Below are positions 42,257-50,335 of a DNA stretch of 64,000 bases, in pieces; position 1 is the stretch's first letter; each line of letters begins with the position of its first letter. This DNA is from an uncultured Actinomycetes bacterium. Lineage in GTDB: Bacteria; Actinomycetota; UBA4738; JBBDTT01. The position numbers and the translations under genes are program-made. The stretch lies in the NCBI GenBank assembly GCA_963742735.1, contig CAVUMN010000004.1, positions 256,001-320,000 of the forward strand, written 5' to 3'. The notes under the pieces are model-generated. The model did not search any database. It saw only the letters and a list, made by a program, of their open reading frames with translations, and was not told the DNA's origin.

Positions 42257-45200
42257 GCGATCCCCTCCCGAAGGGCAGCGGTGGTGGCCGCCGCCCGCGA
42301 GTTCACCCCGAGCTTCGCGAACACGTTCTTGAGGTTCGAGGCCACGACCTTCTCACCGATCGCGAGCTCCGCGGCGATCTCGCGGTTGGTCAGCCCCCGC
42401 GCGACGAACCGCCACACGGCGACCTCGACCTGATCGAGCTCGCGGGCGGGCGCCGCGCGTCGCGTCTCGGGCGCCTCCCCAATGTCGACCTCGCCGATCC
42501 GCCCGGCCAGCTCGCGATGGACCGGTGCATCGAGCCACCGCCGGCGAACGTCCTCGTCCAGGATGCGCGTGGCCGCCCAGTCCAGGTCCTGGCGGATCCG
42601 AACGCGGAGGTGCTCCCACGCCTCGCCCCCCGCGGCCTCGTGGACGCGCGCCGCGGCGAGCAGCACCTCGTACAGCGACGGCTCGAGCATCCGGAGATCC
42701 ATCACGGCGACGGCGTCGGTCGCCAGCGTGACGGCTCGTTCCAGCTCGCCCCTTGCCAGCGCCACCTGGGCGGCGGCGGCCATGGCGATCGGCCGCCACG
42801 GGTTCTGGGTGGAGAGCCCGTCGCTCGACGTGACGGCCTCGGTCGCGTACTCGTCGGCTTTCTTCAGTAGGTCCTCGTCGCCCGCGTCCGCGCCCAGCCG
42901 GGCGGCGTGGTACGCGAGCCACGCGGTGACCTCCAGGGCGCCGACCCGGCTCCGCTGCTCGTACGCGAGGGCGCGTGCCTTCTGGAACCGCTCGACGGCC
43001 CCGCCCGCGTCGCCGGCCACCGCGCGGACCATGCCCCGCCACAGCTCCAGGCGCCTCGCCCGCAGCGGCGTGGGGGCGATGGCGGCCGCGGCCCGCGCCC
43101 GGTCCAGCCAGTGCTCGGCCTGCTCGATCTCGCCCAGCTCCGCGTGGGTCTGGGCCATCCCCAGCGCGGCGAGGAACTCCATCCACCGGTCCCCCATCGT
43201 CCGAGCTGCCTTGTGGGCCTCCTCGCCGCGCTCCAGCGAGAGGTCGGCGTAGTGGTAGAAGCGGGCGAACGCGTGGACCGAGTAGAGCAGGTGCACCTCG
43301 TCGGTCTGCCGCTCGCTCTCCTGGTAGGTGGAGGTCAAGCGAAGCCGGAGCTTGCGGATCTGCTCGATGACGCCGGCGATGCCCCGGCGCACGCCCGAGT
43401 GATAGTGCGAGTAGCCCAGCGCGATGACGGTGGCCAGAACGCCGGCCCGGTCGTCCAGTCGCTCGAAGCGCTCAAGCGCGTCGCCCAGGAGCGCCTTGGC
43501 CCGTTCCCCGAAGACGTCGATCTCGGCCCATCCCGGCGCGTCGTCCGGCGGGATGACGAAGCGGCCGTCCTCCATGACGACCGGTTTCAGGAGCTCCCCG
43601 GCCTTGCGCTTGAAACGGCCGTTCTCGATGACGCCGAGCTCGCGAATGCTGGCCGCGACCAGCCGGCCGTCACCCGATCGCTCGGCCAGGTCGCGCACCC
43701 TGAGGAACGCCTCCTCCGCCGCATCGAGGTCGACCTCGCTTGGGGGCGGGTTGAACGAGTCGCCGAGGGGCGCCTGCAAGCGCGCCTGGGCGAGCTCGAG
43801 CGCCGCGTCCAGCTCGGCTGCGGGATCGTTCGCCGTCACGGCCGCGTCCAGCGCGATCTGCGCGAGCTCCTCCGCCAAGGAGAAGTCCTCGACCTGACGG
43901 GCGGCCGAGGCTCGGCGCCGCAGCAGCTCGCCCTCGGTGACCACGCCTCCAGCCGAGGTCAGCCGCCCCAATTCGTCGAGGATGGCCGCGCGGTCGTCTC
44001 CCCGGCCCAGCCGCCACAGCGCGTCGTCGTTCAGGCGCAGCAGCTCCACGCGGTGGTGCGGCTGATCGACCAGCTTGAGCGCGGAGTCGCAGAGCCGGAC
44101 GGCCTCCTCCAGTGCCGTGGTCTCGATGGCGTGTCGCGCCGCGGCGACCGAGTGCGTCGCTCCGAGCTCCACGTCCTCCGCCAGCAGCGCGTGATGCGCC
44201 GCGTCCGCCAGCCGGTCCGGCGACACCTCCCCGCCGGCCGTGAGCAGCTGCACGATCGCGCCGTGGACGAGCCGTCGTCGGGGCCGGCCGTGGGTGTCGG
44301 CGAGCACCGCCCGGGCCTGGTCGTGGGTGAAGGCGTAGTCGTGGCGCGACCCAGGCGGGGTCTCCGCGAGCAGGTCCGAGCCCACCGCCTCGTCGAGGAT
44401 GGCGGACAGCTCGGCGGCCGACGGCGCGCCCTCGCCCTTCAGCAACCGGGTCAGCTCGGCCAGGTCGGCGAGGGCGAAGCGCCGGCCGAGGGCGGCGGCG
44501 TCGGCGAGGACCTCCCGGGTCTCCTTCGTCAGCGCGGCGGCGCGCCGCTCGATGAGGGACACCACGGATGCGGGAACCATCCGCTCCGTGCCTCGCGCGA
44601 TCTCCCACGTCCCGTCGATCGACTGGACGGTCCCGGCCTCGCGCAGCGAACGGACCAGCTCCTTGACGATGAACGGCACGCCCTCGCTCTGCGCGTAGAT
44701 GGCCTCGGCGCACTTCATGCTCACGGGCCCGTCCAGGAGGCGCGACAGCAGCTCGGCCGAGTCCGCGAGGCTCAGCCGGTCGAGCGTGATGCGCCGCCCG
44801 ACCCCCAGCCGCTCGGCATCGACCGTCATCCCGAGGATCGCCCCGCGCGTTGCCGGCACGTCCGGGCGCGACGCGAGCATCAGGAACAACGGCGCCCGGA
44901 CCTCCGAGCGCACCACGTACCGCAGCAGCCGAAGCGAGTCGGGGTCGGACCACTGCAGGTCGTCGAGGAAGACCGCGAGCGGCTTCTTCGAGGCGATCGC
45001 GGCGAGCGCTGCCTTCGCGCCGTCGTAGACGGCGAGGAGCTGGTCGTCCATCGGAAGGCTCTCGAGCGTCTCGTCCTGGGGCCCGCTGACCAGCTCGAGG
45101 GCTCGTTTCAAGGCGCGCTTCGAGGCGGGATCGCCGGCGGCGCGGCCCAGGGCCGGCACGGACAACAGGCTTCGAGCGACGTAGAAGGGCCCCCCGATCT

Positions 45201-45936
45201 CCTCGTCGGCGGCCACGTACACGACGCCGAACCCCTTCTCGGCCGCCGCGGCGGCGCCCTCGTCGAGCATGCGGGTCTTGCCGATGCCGGCCTCGCCCTC
45301 GACGCCGACCGAGGCGATGGTGCCGGTGAGCGCCGAATCGAGGCGCTCACGTACCGCCTCGACCTCGGCGCTTCGGCCGACCATCGGTATGAGCGGCCGG
45401 ACGGGCAGCTCCGGCTCGGGCTCCGGCTCCTCGGGCGGCTTGACGGCGAACAGACGCCACTTGCCGGGCACGCCCTTCAGCGCTCGCGAGCCCTTCGAGA
45501 CGAACTCGATGGGCGAGCCCTGGACCAGCTCCTTCACCGTCCCGGAGACGAGGATCTCGCCGGGGGCGGCCAGGCCCATGACCCGCGCGCCGATGTGCAC
45601 GCCGATCCCCCGCACGTTGTCGCCGGTCATCTCCACCTCGCCGGTGTGGACGCCAGAGCGGATCTCCAGGCCGACGGCCTCCATCGCCACCACGATCGCT
45701 TTGGCGCACAGGATCGCCCGGGCGGGGCTGTCGAACAGGGCCAGGAAGCCATCACCGGTGGTGACCACCTCGCGGCCCTGGAACCGGCCGAGCTCCTTGC
45801 GAACGGCGGTGTGGTGGGCCTCGAGCAGCGCGCCCCAGTCGGCGTCGCCGAGCTCGACCGCCCGCTTGGTCGACCCCACCACGTCCGTGAACAGGACGGT
45901 GGCCAGCACACGATCGCCGAGGGGTTGGTCCGACAC
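42253..45936 (-). CDS. class III nucleotide cyclase - STAND/AAA ATPase - helical repeats - LuxR HTH regulator
   Basis: LFTDVVGST, TGDGF, GVHTGEV, HIGARV; GEAGIGKT, LDDLQWSD; GLTNREIAAEL...KLGVNSR. Confidence 0.9.
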   Translation of the reverse strand: MSDQPLGDRVLATVLFTDVVGSTKRAVELGDADWGALLEAHHTAVRKELGRFQGREVVTTGDGFLALFDSPARAILCAKAIVVAMEAVGLEIRSGVHTGEVEMTGDNVRGIGVHIGARVMGLAAPGEILVSGTVKELVQGSPIEFVSKGSRALKGVPGKWRLFAVKPPEEPEPEPELPVRPLIPMVGRSAEVEAVRERLDSALTGTIASVGVEGEAGIGKTRMLDEGAAAAAEKGFGVVYVAADEEIGGPFYVARSLLSVPALGRAAGDPASKRALKRALELVSGPQDETLESLPMDDQLLAVYDGAKAALAAIASKKPLAVFLDDLQWSDPDSLRLLRYVVRSEVRAPLFLMLASRPDVPATRGAILGMTVDAERLGVGRRITLDRLSLADSAELLSRLLDGPVSMKCAEAIYAQSEGVPFIVKELVRSLREAGTVQSIDGTWEIARGTERMVPASVVSLIERRAAALTKETREVLADAAALGRRFALADLAELTRLLKGEGAPSAAELSAILDEAVGSDLLAETPPGSRHDYAFTHDQARAVLADTHGRPRRRLVHGAIVQLLTAGGEVSPDRLADAAHHALLAEDVELGATHSVAAARHAIETTALEEAVRLCDSALKLVDQPHHRVELLRLNDDALWRLGRGDDRAAILDELGRLTSAGGVVTEGELLRRRASAARQVEDFSLAEELAQIALDAAVTANDPAAELDAALELAQARLQAPLGDSFNPPPSEVDLDAAEEAFLRVRDLAERSGDGRLVAASIRELGVIENGRFKRKAGELLKPVVMEDGRFVIPPDDAPGWAEIDVFGERAKALLGDALERFERLDDRAGVLATVIALGYSHYHSGVRRGIAGVIEQIRKLRLRLTSTYQESERQTDEVHLLYSVHAFARFYHYADLSLERGEEAHKAARTMGDRWMEFLAALGMAQTHAELGEIEQAEHWLDRARAAAAIAPTPLRARRLELWRGMVRAVAGDAGGAVERFQKARALAYEQRSRVGALEVTAWLAYHAARLGADAGDEDLLKKADEYATEAVTSSDGLSTQNPWRPIAMAAAAQVALARGELERAVTLATDAVAVMDLRMLEPSLYEVLLAAARVHEAAGGEAWEHLRVRIRQDLDWAATRILDEDVRRRWLDAPVHRELAGRIGEVDIGEAPETRRAAPARELDQVEVAVWRFVARGLTNREIAAELAIGEKVVASNLKNVFAKLGVNSRAAATTAALREGIA

Positions 45937-45987
45937 AGCTCCCCAGTCTCCGACTCCCGGCGATTTCCGACAACAGACCGAGGTCGC

Positions 45988-46015
45988 CTAAACGGGGGAG
46001 ACTCGCCGGGTGTTC
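45988..46015 (+). promoter_or_regulatory. ECF promoter of sigma 3
   Basis: CTAAAC-N17-TGTTC, start at 46023. Confidence 0.5.
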
Positions 46016-46022
46016 ATGGTTC

Positions 46023-46544
46023 GTGAGCCAGCCAGCCCCACTCGTGGCCGTGCCTGATCCGGCCCAGCTGCCGCAGACGTTCGAGGACTTCTTCGAGGCC
46101 GAGCACGTGCGCCTGTACCGGGCGCTGACCCTGATGACCGCGAACGGGCACGAAGCCGAGGAGCTGATGCAGGACGCGTTCCTGAAGGTATGGGAGCGCT
46201 GGGACCGGGTGGCGGCCATGGAGAACCCGACGGGTTACCTGTACCGGGCGGCGATGAACCGGTTCCGCAACCGGCATCGGCGACTGCGCCTGGAGGCCCT
46301 CCGGCGTCCCCGGCCCGCCGACGCGACCGACGCGTTCTCGCGCGTGGAGGCTCGCGACCAGGTGGGGCGAGCCCTGCGAGGCCTGGCGCCACGGCAGCGA
46401 GCCGCGCTGGTCCTGACCGACATGCTCGAGTTCGAGTCGGCCGAGGCGGCCGAGCTCCTCCACGTGGCACCCGGAACGGTCCGGGCGCTCGCCCACCAGG
46501 CCAGAGAGGCCATCCGACGCAGAACGGAGCCAGACGATGACTGA
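46023..46544 (+). CDS. ECF sigma factor 3
   Basis: AEELMQDAF..WERWDRV, GYLYRAAMN, LAPRQRAAL, GTVR. Confidence 0.92.
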   Translation: MSQPAPLVAVPDPAQLPQTFEDFFEAEHVRLYRALTLMTANGHEAEELMQDAFLKVWERWDRVAAMENPTGYLYRAAMNRFRNRHRRLRLEALRRPRPADATDAFSRVEARDQVGRALRGLAPRQRAALVLTDMLEFESAEAAELLHVAPGTVRALAHQAREAIRRRTEPDDD

Positions 46545-47367
46545 CAACGAACGCGACACGCTGAACCGCCTGGGCGACCAGCTCCGGCCGCCCGACGACT
46601 CCTTCGACCGGCTCCTGACGCGCCGCGACCGCCAGCGTCGGAACCGTCGCGTGACCGCGGCGGCCGTGGCGCTCTCGCTGACGGCGGCCGGGCTGTTCGG
46701 CGCGTACCAGATCGGACGGCGCACCTCGACCACGCCCGGCGGCGGGTCGGCGGCCCTGCCGAACGTGGCCCGCGTCGAGTGCGGCCCCGCCGGCGCCGTG
46801 GTCGTCACGCCCGAGGCGCGACCCCAGCGCGACGGGATCCACCTGGACATCACCAACACCGGCACGAAGGCGCTCATGTTCCACGTCGTCATCCCCGACT
46901 TCGGCGGCTTCGTCGAGCGGGCCGAGCCGGGCGCGAACACGTTCACCGTGTCCGACCTTCGCCCCGACGCCTACGAGGTTCGGTGCTTCGCGGAGGACGA
47001 GCTCAATCCCCAGAACGAGCCCGCCGCCGCCCTCCAGATCACCGATCAGGACGGCGTGTGGAAGGACCTGACGGTGGCCTGCCCGGCCGGCCTGCGCGAG
47101 GAGAGTGCCTTCTTCGACGCGGCTCCGGGACTGCGCGGCGAGGACGGAACGGCCGAGGAGGTCGCGCGGCGCCACCTCGGTGAGGCGGTCCACGAGGGCG
47201 ACGTCGTCGAGATCGGCGGCTACCCGCAGGCGGCGAACCCCGTGGTGCGGGTGGTCCGGGACGGCCGGGTGGTCGCCGCGGTCTACGTGTTCCCCGTCAT
47301 CGAGGGGGGCTGGCTGGTCCAGAACCTGACCTGGTGCGTGGACGACTCGACCACCTCCACCGGCTGA
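46537..47367 (+). CDS. putative anti-sigma/sensor 3
   Basis: RRDRQRRNRR + TM; ATGACTGA overlap. Confidence 0.7.
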   Translation: MTDNERDTLNRLGDQLRPPDDSFDRLLTRRDRQRRNRRVTAAAVALSLTAAGLFGAYQIGRRTSTTPGGGSAALPNVARVECGPAGAVVVTPEARPQRDGIHLDITNTGTKALMFHVVIPDFGGFVERAEPGANTFTVSDLRPDAYEVRCFAEDELNPQNEPAAALQITDQDGVWKDLTVACPAGLREESAFFDAAPGLRGEDGTAEEVARRHLGEAVHEGDVVEIGGYPQAANPVVRVVRDGRVVAAVYVFPVIEGGWLVQNLTWCVDDSTTSTG

Positions 47368-47394
47368 CGCTGGTCCAAACTCCCCACGTGGGGA

Positions 47395-47422
47395 GTAAAC
47401 GCCGCCGCCGTCTCGAGGCTTC
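47395..47422 (+). promoter_or_regulatory. ECF promoter of sigma 4
   Basis: GTAAAC-N17-GCTTC, start at 47430. Confidence 0.5.
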
Positions 47423-47429
47423 ATGGGGT

Positions 47430-47948
47430 GTGGACCGCGCCGCCGGGGCGGCGGAAGCGCCCCCGAGGGACCCTCCGACGTCGTTCGAGGAGTTCTTCGA
47501 GGCCGAGCGGCATCGCCTGCACGGCGCCCTGGTGCTCATGACGGCGAGCGTCCACGAGGCCGACGAGCTGCTGCAGGATGCGTTCCTCACGGTGTGGGAG
47601 CGGTGGGATCGGGTGCGCGAGATGGAACGGCCGACCGGCTACCTGTACCGGGTCGCGATGAACGGGTTCCGCAGGCGCCGACGGCGCCTTCGGCTGGACC
47701 TGCGGCTGGGGACACGGTCGGAGAACGAGGTGGACCCATACGCCCGCGCGGCGGCCAGGGACGCGGCGGCCCGGGCTCTCGCGGTGCTGCCGCGTCGCGA
47801 ACGCGCCGCATTGGTGCTCACGGAGATGCTCGCGTTCGATTCCAACGAGGCTGGCGAGCTGTTGAAGATCAGGCCCTCGACGGTCCGCGTTCTGGCCCAC
47901 CGAGCCCGCGAACGCATCCGCCGAGAGATCGGAGACGACGATGCCTGA
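47430..47948 (+). CDS. ECF sigma factor 4
   Basis: ADELLQDAF..WERWDRV, GYLYRVAMN, LPRRERAAL; start moved to GTG 47430. Confidence 0.9.
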   Translation: MDRAAGAAEAPPRDPPTSFEEFFEAERHRLHGALVLMTASVHEADELLQDAFLTVWERWDRVREMERPTGYLYRVAMNGFRRRRRRLRLDLRLGTRSENEVDPYARAAARDAAARALAVLPRRERAALVLTEMLAFDSNEAGELLKIRPSTVRVLAHRARERIRREIGDDDA

Positions 47949-48756
47949 CCTGCGCGACCGCCTGGAAGGCCTGGCCGCGGGGTTCCCCGAGCGGCGCGGG
48001 ATGGACGGTCTCAAACGTCGCCGAGATCGCCGGCGGCGAGTCAGCCGGGTGCTTACGGGCACGCTGGCGTTGCTGATTGCGGCAACCGGGACGGCCTCTG
48101 CCTTCCTCGCCTTCAGAGACATCGCTCACGGACCGGCGGCCGACCACGCGACCGAGCTTCCCCCCGATGTGCTTCTCCTGGAGTGCAGCCAGAACGGACC
48201 CGTCGTGCACACGCCCACGGTTCGGCCGCAGCGGGACGGTGTGCACATCGAGGCCCGGAACACGAGCGACCACGTGCTCATCTACGACGTGGGAGGGCCC
48301 GGGGGAGGCACCGGACGTGACATCCCTCCCGGCGGCGACCATGCCACCGTCGCGGGTCACATCGCGCCCGGTCGCGGCACGTTCGGGTGCGCGCGGCCTC
48401 TCACCGACCCATCCGATGAGCTCAAGCTCGAGTTCGAGATCGTCGATCCGGAGGGGCTGTGGGTCTCGGGAGGGCTGGACTGCCAGGGCGGAGTGGCGGT
48501 CACAGGCAGCGTGCTCTACGGGGGTGGACCTGACGGAGAGACTGGCACGCCCGAGGACTACGTCCGGAAGCACCACGCGGACGAGCTACGCGAAGAAGAC
48601 GTCCTCGACCGGGCGGGGTATCCGGTCGCCACCAAAGCGTGGGGAGCAACCGTCCGGGTCGTGCGAGACGGCCGGCCCGTCGCGACCTTCCACCTGTTCG
48701 GGAACGAACAGGAGGGCTGGTACCAGGACTCCTACTCTGCATGTCAGGAGTTCTGA
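47941..48756 (+). CDS. putative anti-sigma/sensor 4
   Basis: RRRDRRRRVSR + TM; ectodomain paralogous to sensor 3 (RPQRDG.H); ATGCCTGA overlap. Confidence 0.7.
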   Translation: MPDLRDRLEGLAAGFPERRGMDGLKRRRDRRRRVSRVLTGTLALLIAATGTASAFLAFRDIAHGPAADHATELPPDVLLLECSQNGPVVHTPTVRPQRDGVHIEARNTSDHVLIYDVGGPGGGTGRDIPPGGDHATVAGHIAPGRGTFGCARPLTDPSDELKLEFEIVDPEGLWVSGGLDCQGGVAVTGSVLYGGGPDGETGTPEDYVRKHHADELREEDVLDRAGYPVATKAWGATVRVVRDGRPVATFHLFGNEQEGWYQDSYSACQEF

Positions 48757-48764
48757 CGAGCGAC

Positions 48765-48791
48765 TGAAACGCTCGCGGCCTCGGCAGGTTC
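48765..48791 (+). promoter_or_regulatory. ECF promoter of sigma 5
   Basis: TGAAAC-N16-GGTTC, ATG at 48799. Confidence 0.5.
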
Positions 48792-48798
48792 ATGTCGC

Positions 48799-49323
48799 AT
48801 GATCGAACCCGCGACACTTGACCATGTGACCGAGGTGCCCGCCGAGCCGGCGGCAGACTTTCGCGAGTTCTACGAGGCCCAGCACGAGCGGCTGGGCCGC
48901 GCGCTGTACCTGCTCACCCGGAGCTCGCACGAGGCGGAGGAGCTCGCCCAGGAGGCCCTCGTCCGCGTGTACGAGCGGTGGGACCGCGTCCGGACGATGG
49001 ACTCGCCCGTCGGCTACCTGTTCCGCACCGCCATGAACCTGAACCGCAACCGCCTGCGGCGGCTCGGCGTGGCCGCCCGGCGCCTGATCGGACCGACCCC
49101 GCAGCCCTCCGAGCTCGACGCGATCGAGACCCGCGACGACTTGTTCATCATCCTGGACGAGCTTCCGATCGGGCAGCGGCAAGCCGTGGTCCTGATCGAC
49201 TGGCTCGGGATGGACGCCGAGGAGGCCGGCCGGGTCCTCGGGCTCAAGGCCGTGTCGGTGCGCGTACGCCTCTCCCGGGCGCACGCGGCCCTACGAGAGG
49301 CACTGGAGGCGAACGATGACTGA
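48799..49323 (+). CDS. ECF sigma factor 5
   Basis: AEELAQEAL..ERWDRV, GYLFRTAMN, LPIGQRQAV. Confidence 0.92.
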   Translation: MIEPATLDHVTEVPAEPAADFREFYEAQHERLGRALYLLTRSSHEAEELAQEALVRVYERWDRVRTMDSPVGYLFRTAMNLNRNRLRRLGVAARRLIGPTPQPSELDAIETRDDLFIILDELPIGQRQAVVLIDWLGMDAEEAGRVLGLKAVSVRVRLSRAHAALREALEANDD

Positions 49324-50266
49324 CCTGCACGACGTTCTGGATCGAAAGGCCCGACAGTTCCGTCCGGGCGACGACGGCTACGAGCAGATGGTGGACCGCG
49401 CCGAGCGCCGACACCGCAACCGGCGGATCACCTCGGGGGTGGTCGCCCTGGCGGTGGCCGTCGCCGGCAGCCTCGGCGCCTACGCGATGCTGATCGGCAG
49501 CGCGTCCGAGGAGACGGCTGGCGGTGAGTTCGCGGCGCTATGGCCACAGCAAAACCGCAGCGATGCGGATGTTGCTCAGGCCCGAGCGAACGAGGGAGAC
49601 GGGCGGCTCACCTGGCAGCAGGACGCCGAGGAGTTCCTGTGGCGCTTTCTCAACGACGGAATGAGCTGGGTCGATACGACCATCCCCGAGCTCTCTGAGG
49701 CGCAGAAGGACGGCACCGGCCCCATTACCGTGACGCTGCGGGGCGGACCGGCCGATCTCTGCACCTATCCGGACGACGCCGATGAGTGGACTTGTCCGCC
49801 GGACGCGTTCAAAGAGATCGACGTCACCATCGAGCGTCTCCTCCAGAAGGACACTCAGGGAATCTGGTTCGTGGTCGGCGCCGTGGTCAATGGGAGCACG
49901 CCCCGAATCGAGAACTCGCCGCTTCCTCCGGTGGACACCCCGATGATGGGGCCAGACCTGCCGCGAGCGGAGGGGGATTTCGTCTGGGATTTCCTTACGG
50001 CGAGGTCTGAGGGCAGCGGAGCGGGAGCGTTCCTCTCGCCCGGTGCGTTGGAGCAGTACCAGTCACACGACGGAGGCCTGGAGCTCTACGGGGGCTACGT
50101 CGAGAGTTCCTTCGGGAATTCGCTGCTCCGATGGGAGCAGGTCGAGGTCGGGTGGCTCGTGACAATCTCGTTCGACAGCGAAGCGGGCGCGACGACCGAA
50201 TCCGTCGTCATCCGCTCGGCTGACGAGGGCGGGCTGCTGATCATCGGGGCCGAACTGCACGATTAG
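49316..50266 (+). CDS. putative anti-sigma/sensor 5
   Basis: MTDLHDVL...RAERRHRNRR + TM; ATGACTGA overlap. Confidence 0.7.
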   Translation: MTDLHDVLDRKARQFRPGDDGYEQMVDRAERRHRNRRITSGVVALAVAVAGSLGAYAMLIGSASEETAGGEFAALWPQQNRSDADVAQARANEGDGRLTWQQDAEEFLWRFLNDGMSWVDTTIPELSEAQKDGTGPITVTLRGGPADLCTYPDDADEWTCPPDAFKEIDVTIERLLQKDTQGIWFVVGAVVNGSTPRIENSPLPPVDTPMMGPDLPRAEGDFVWDFLTARSEGSGAGAFLSPGALEQYQSHDGGLELYGGYVESSFGNSLLRWEQVEVGWLVTISFDSEAGATTESVVIRSADEGGLLIIGAELHD

Positions 50267-50335
50267 CCGATTCCTCCGTGCGAGGAGGGACGTAGTCCCT
50301 CCCCGCAACGGTTTCGCGCGGTGTAGCGTCCGCGC

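Noticed and set aside
42253-45936. Antiphage STAND (Avs) or CBASS/Pycsar-like defence system
   Set aside because: C-terminal LuxR HTH and redox neighbours fit a regulator; no cNMP-binding effector, nuclease or TM killer gene is adjacent. Not fully excluded.
42907-46026. Very long antisense or alternate-frame ORFs (also 13972..16758, 37486..40074, 9626..11914, 53810..55906)
   Set aside because: Shadow ORFs of high-GC genes; they overlap well-supported genes and have no recognisable motifs
37432-50330. Integron cassette array
   Set aside because: No intI and no GTTRRRY/RYYYAAC-bounded attC sites; the boundary hairpins are unrelated in sequence
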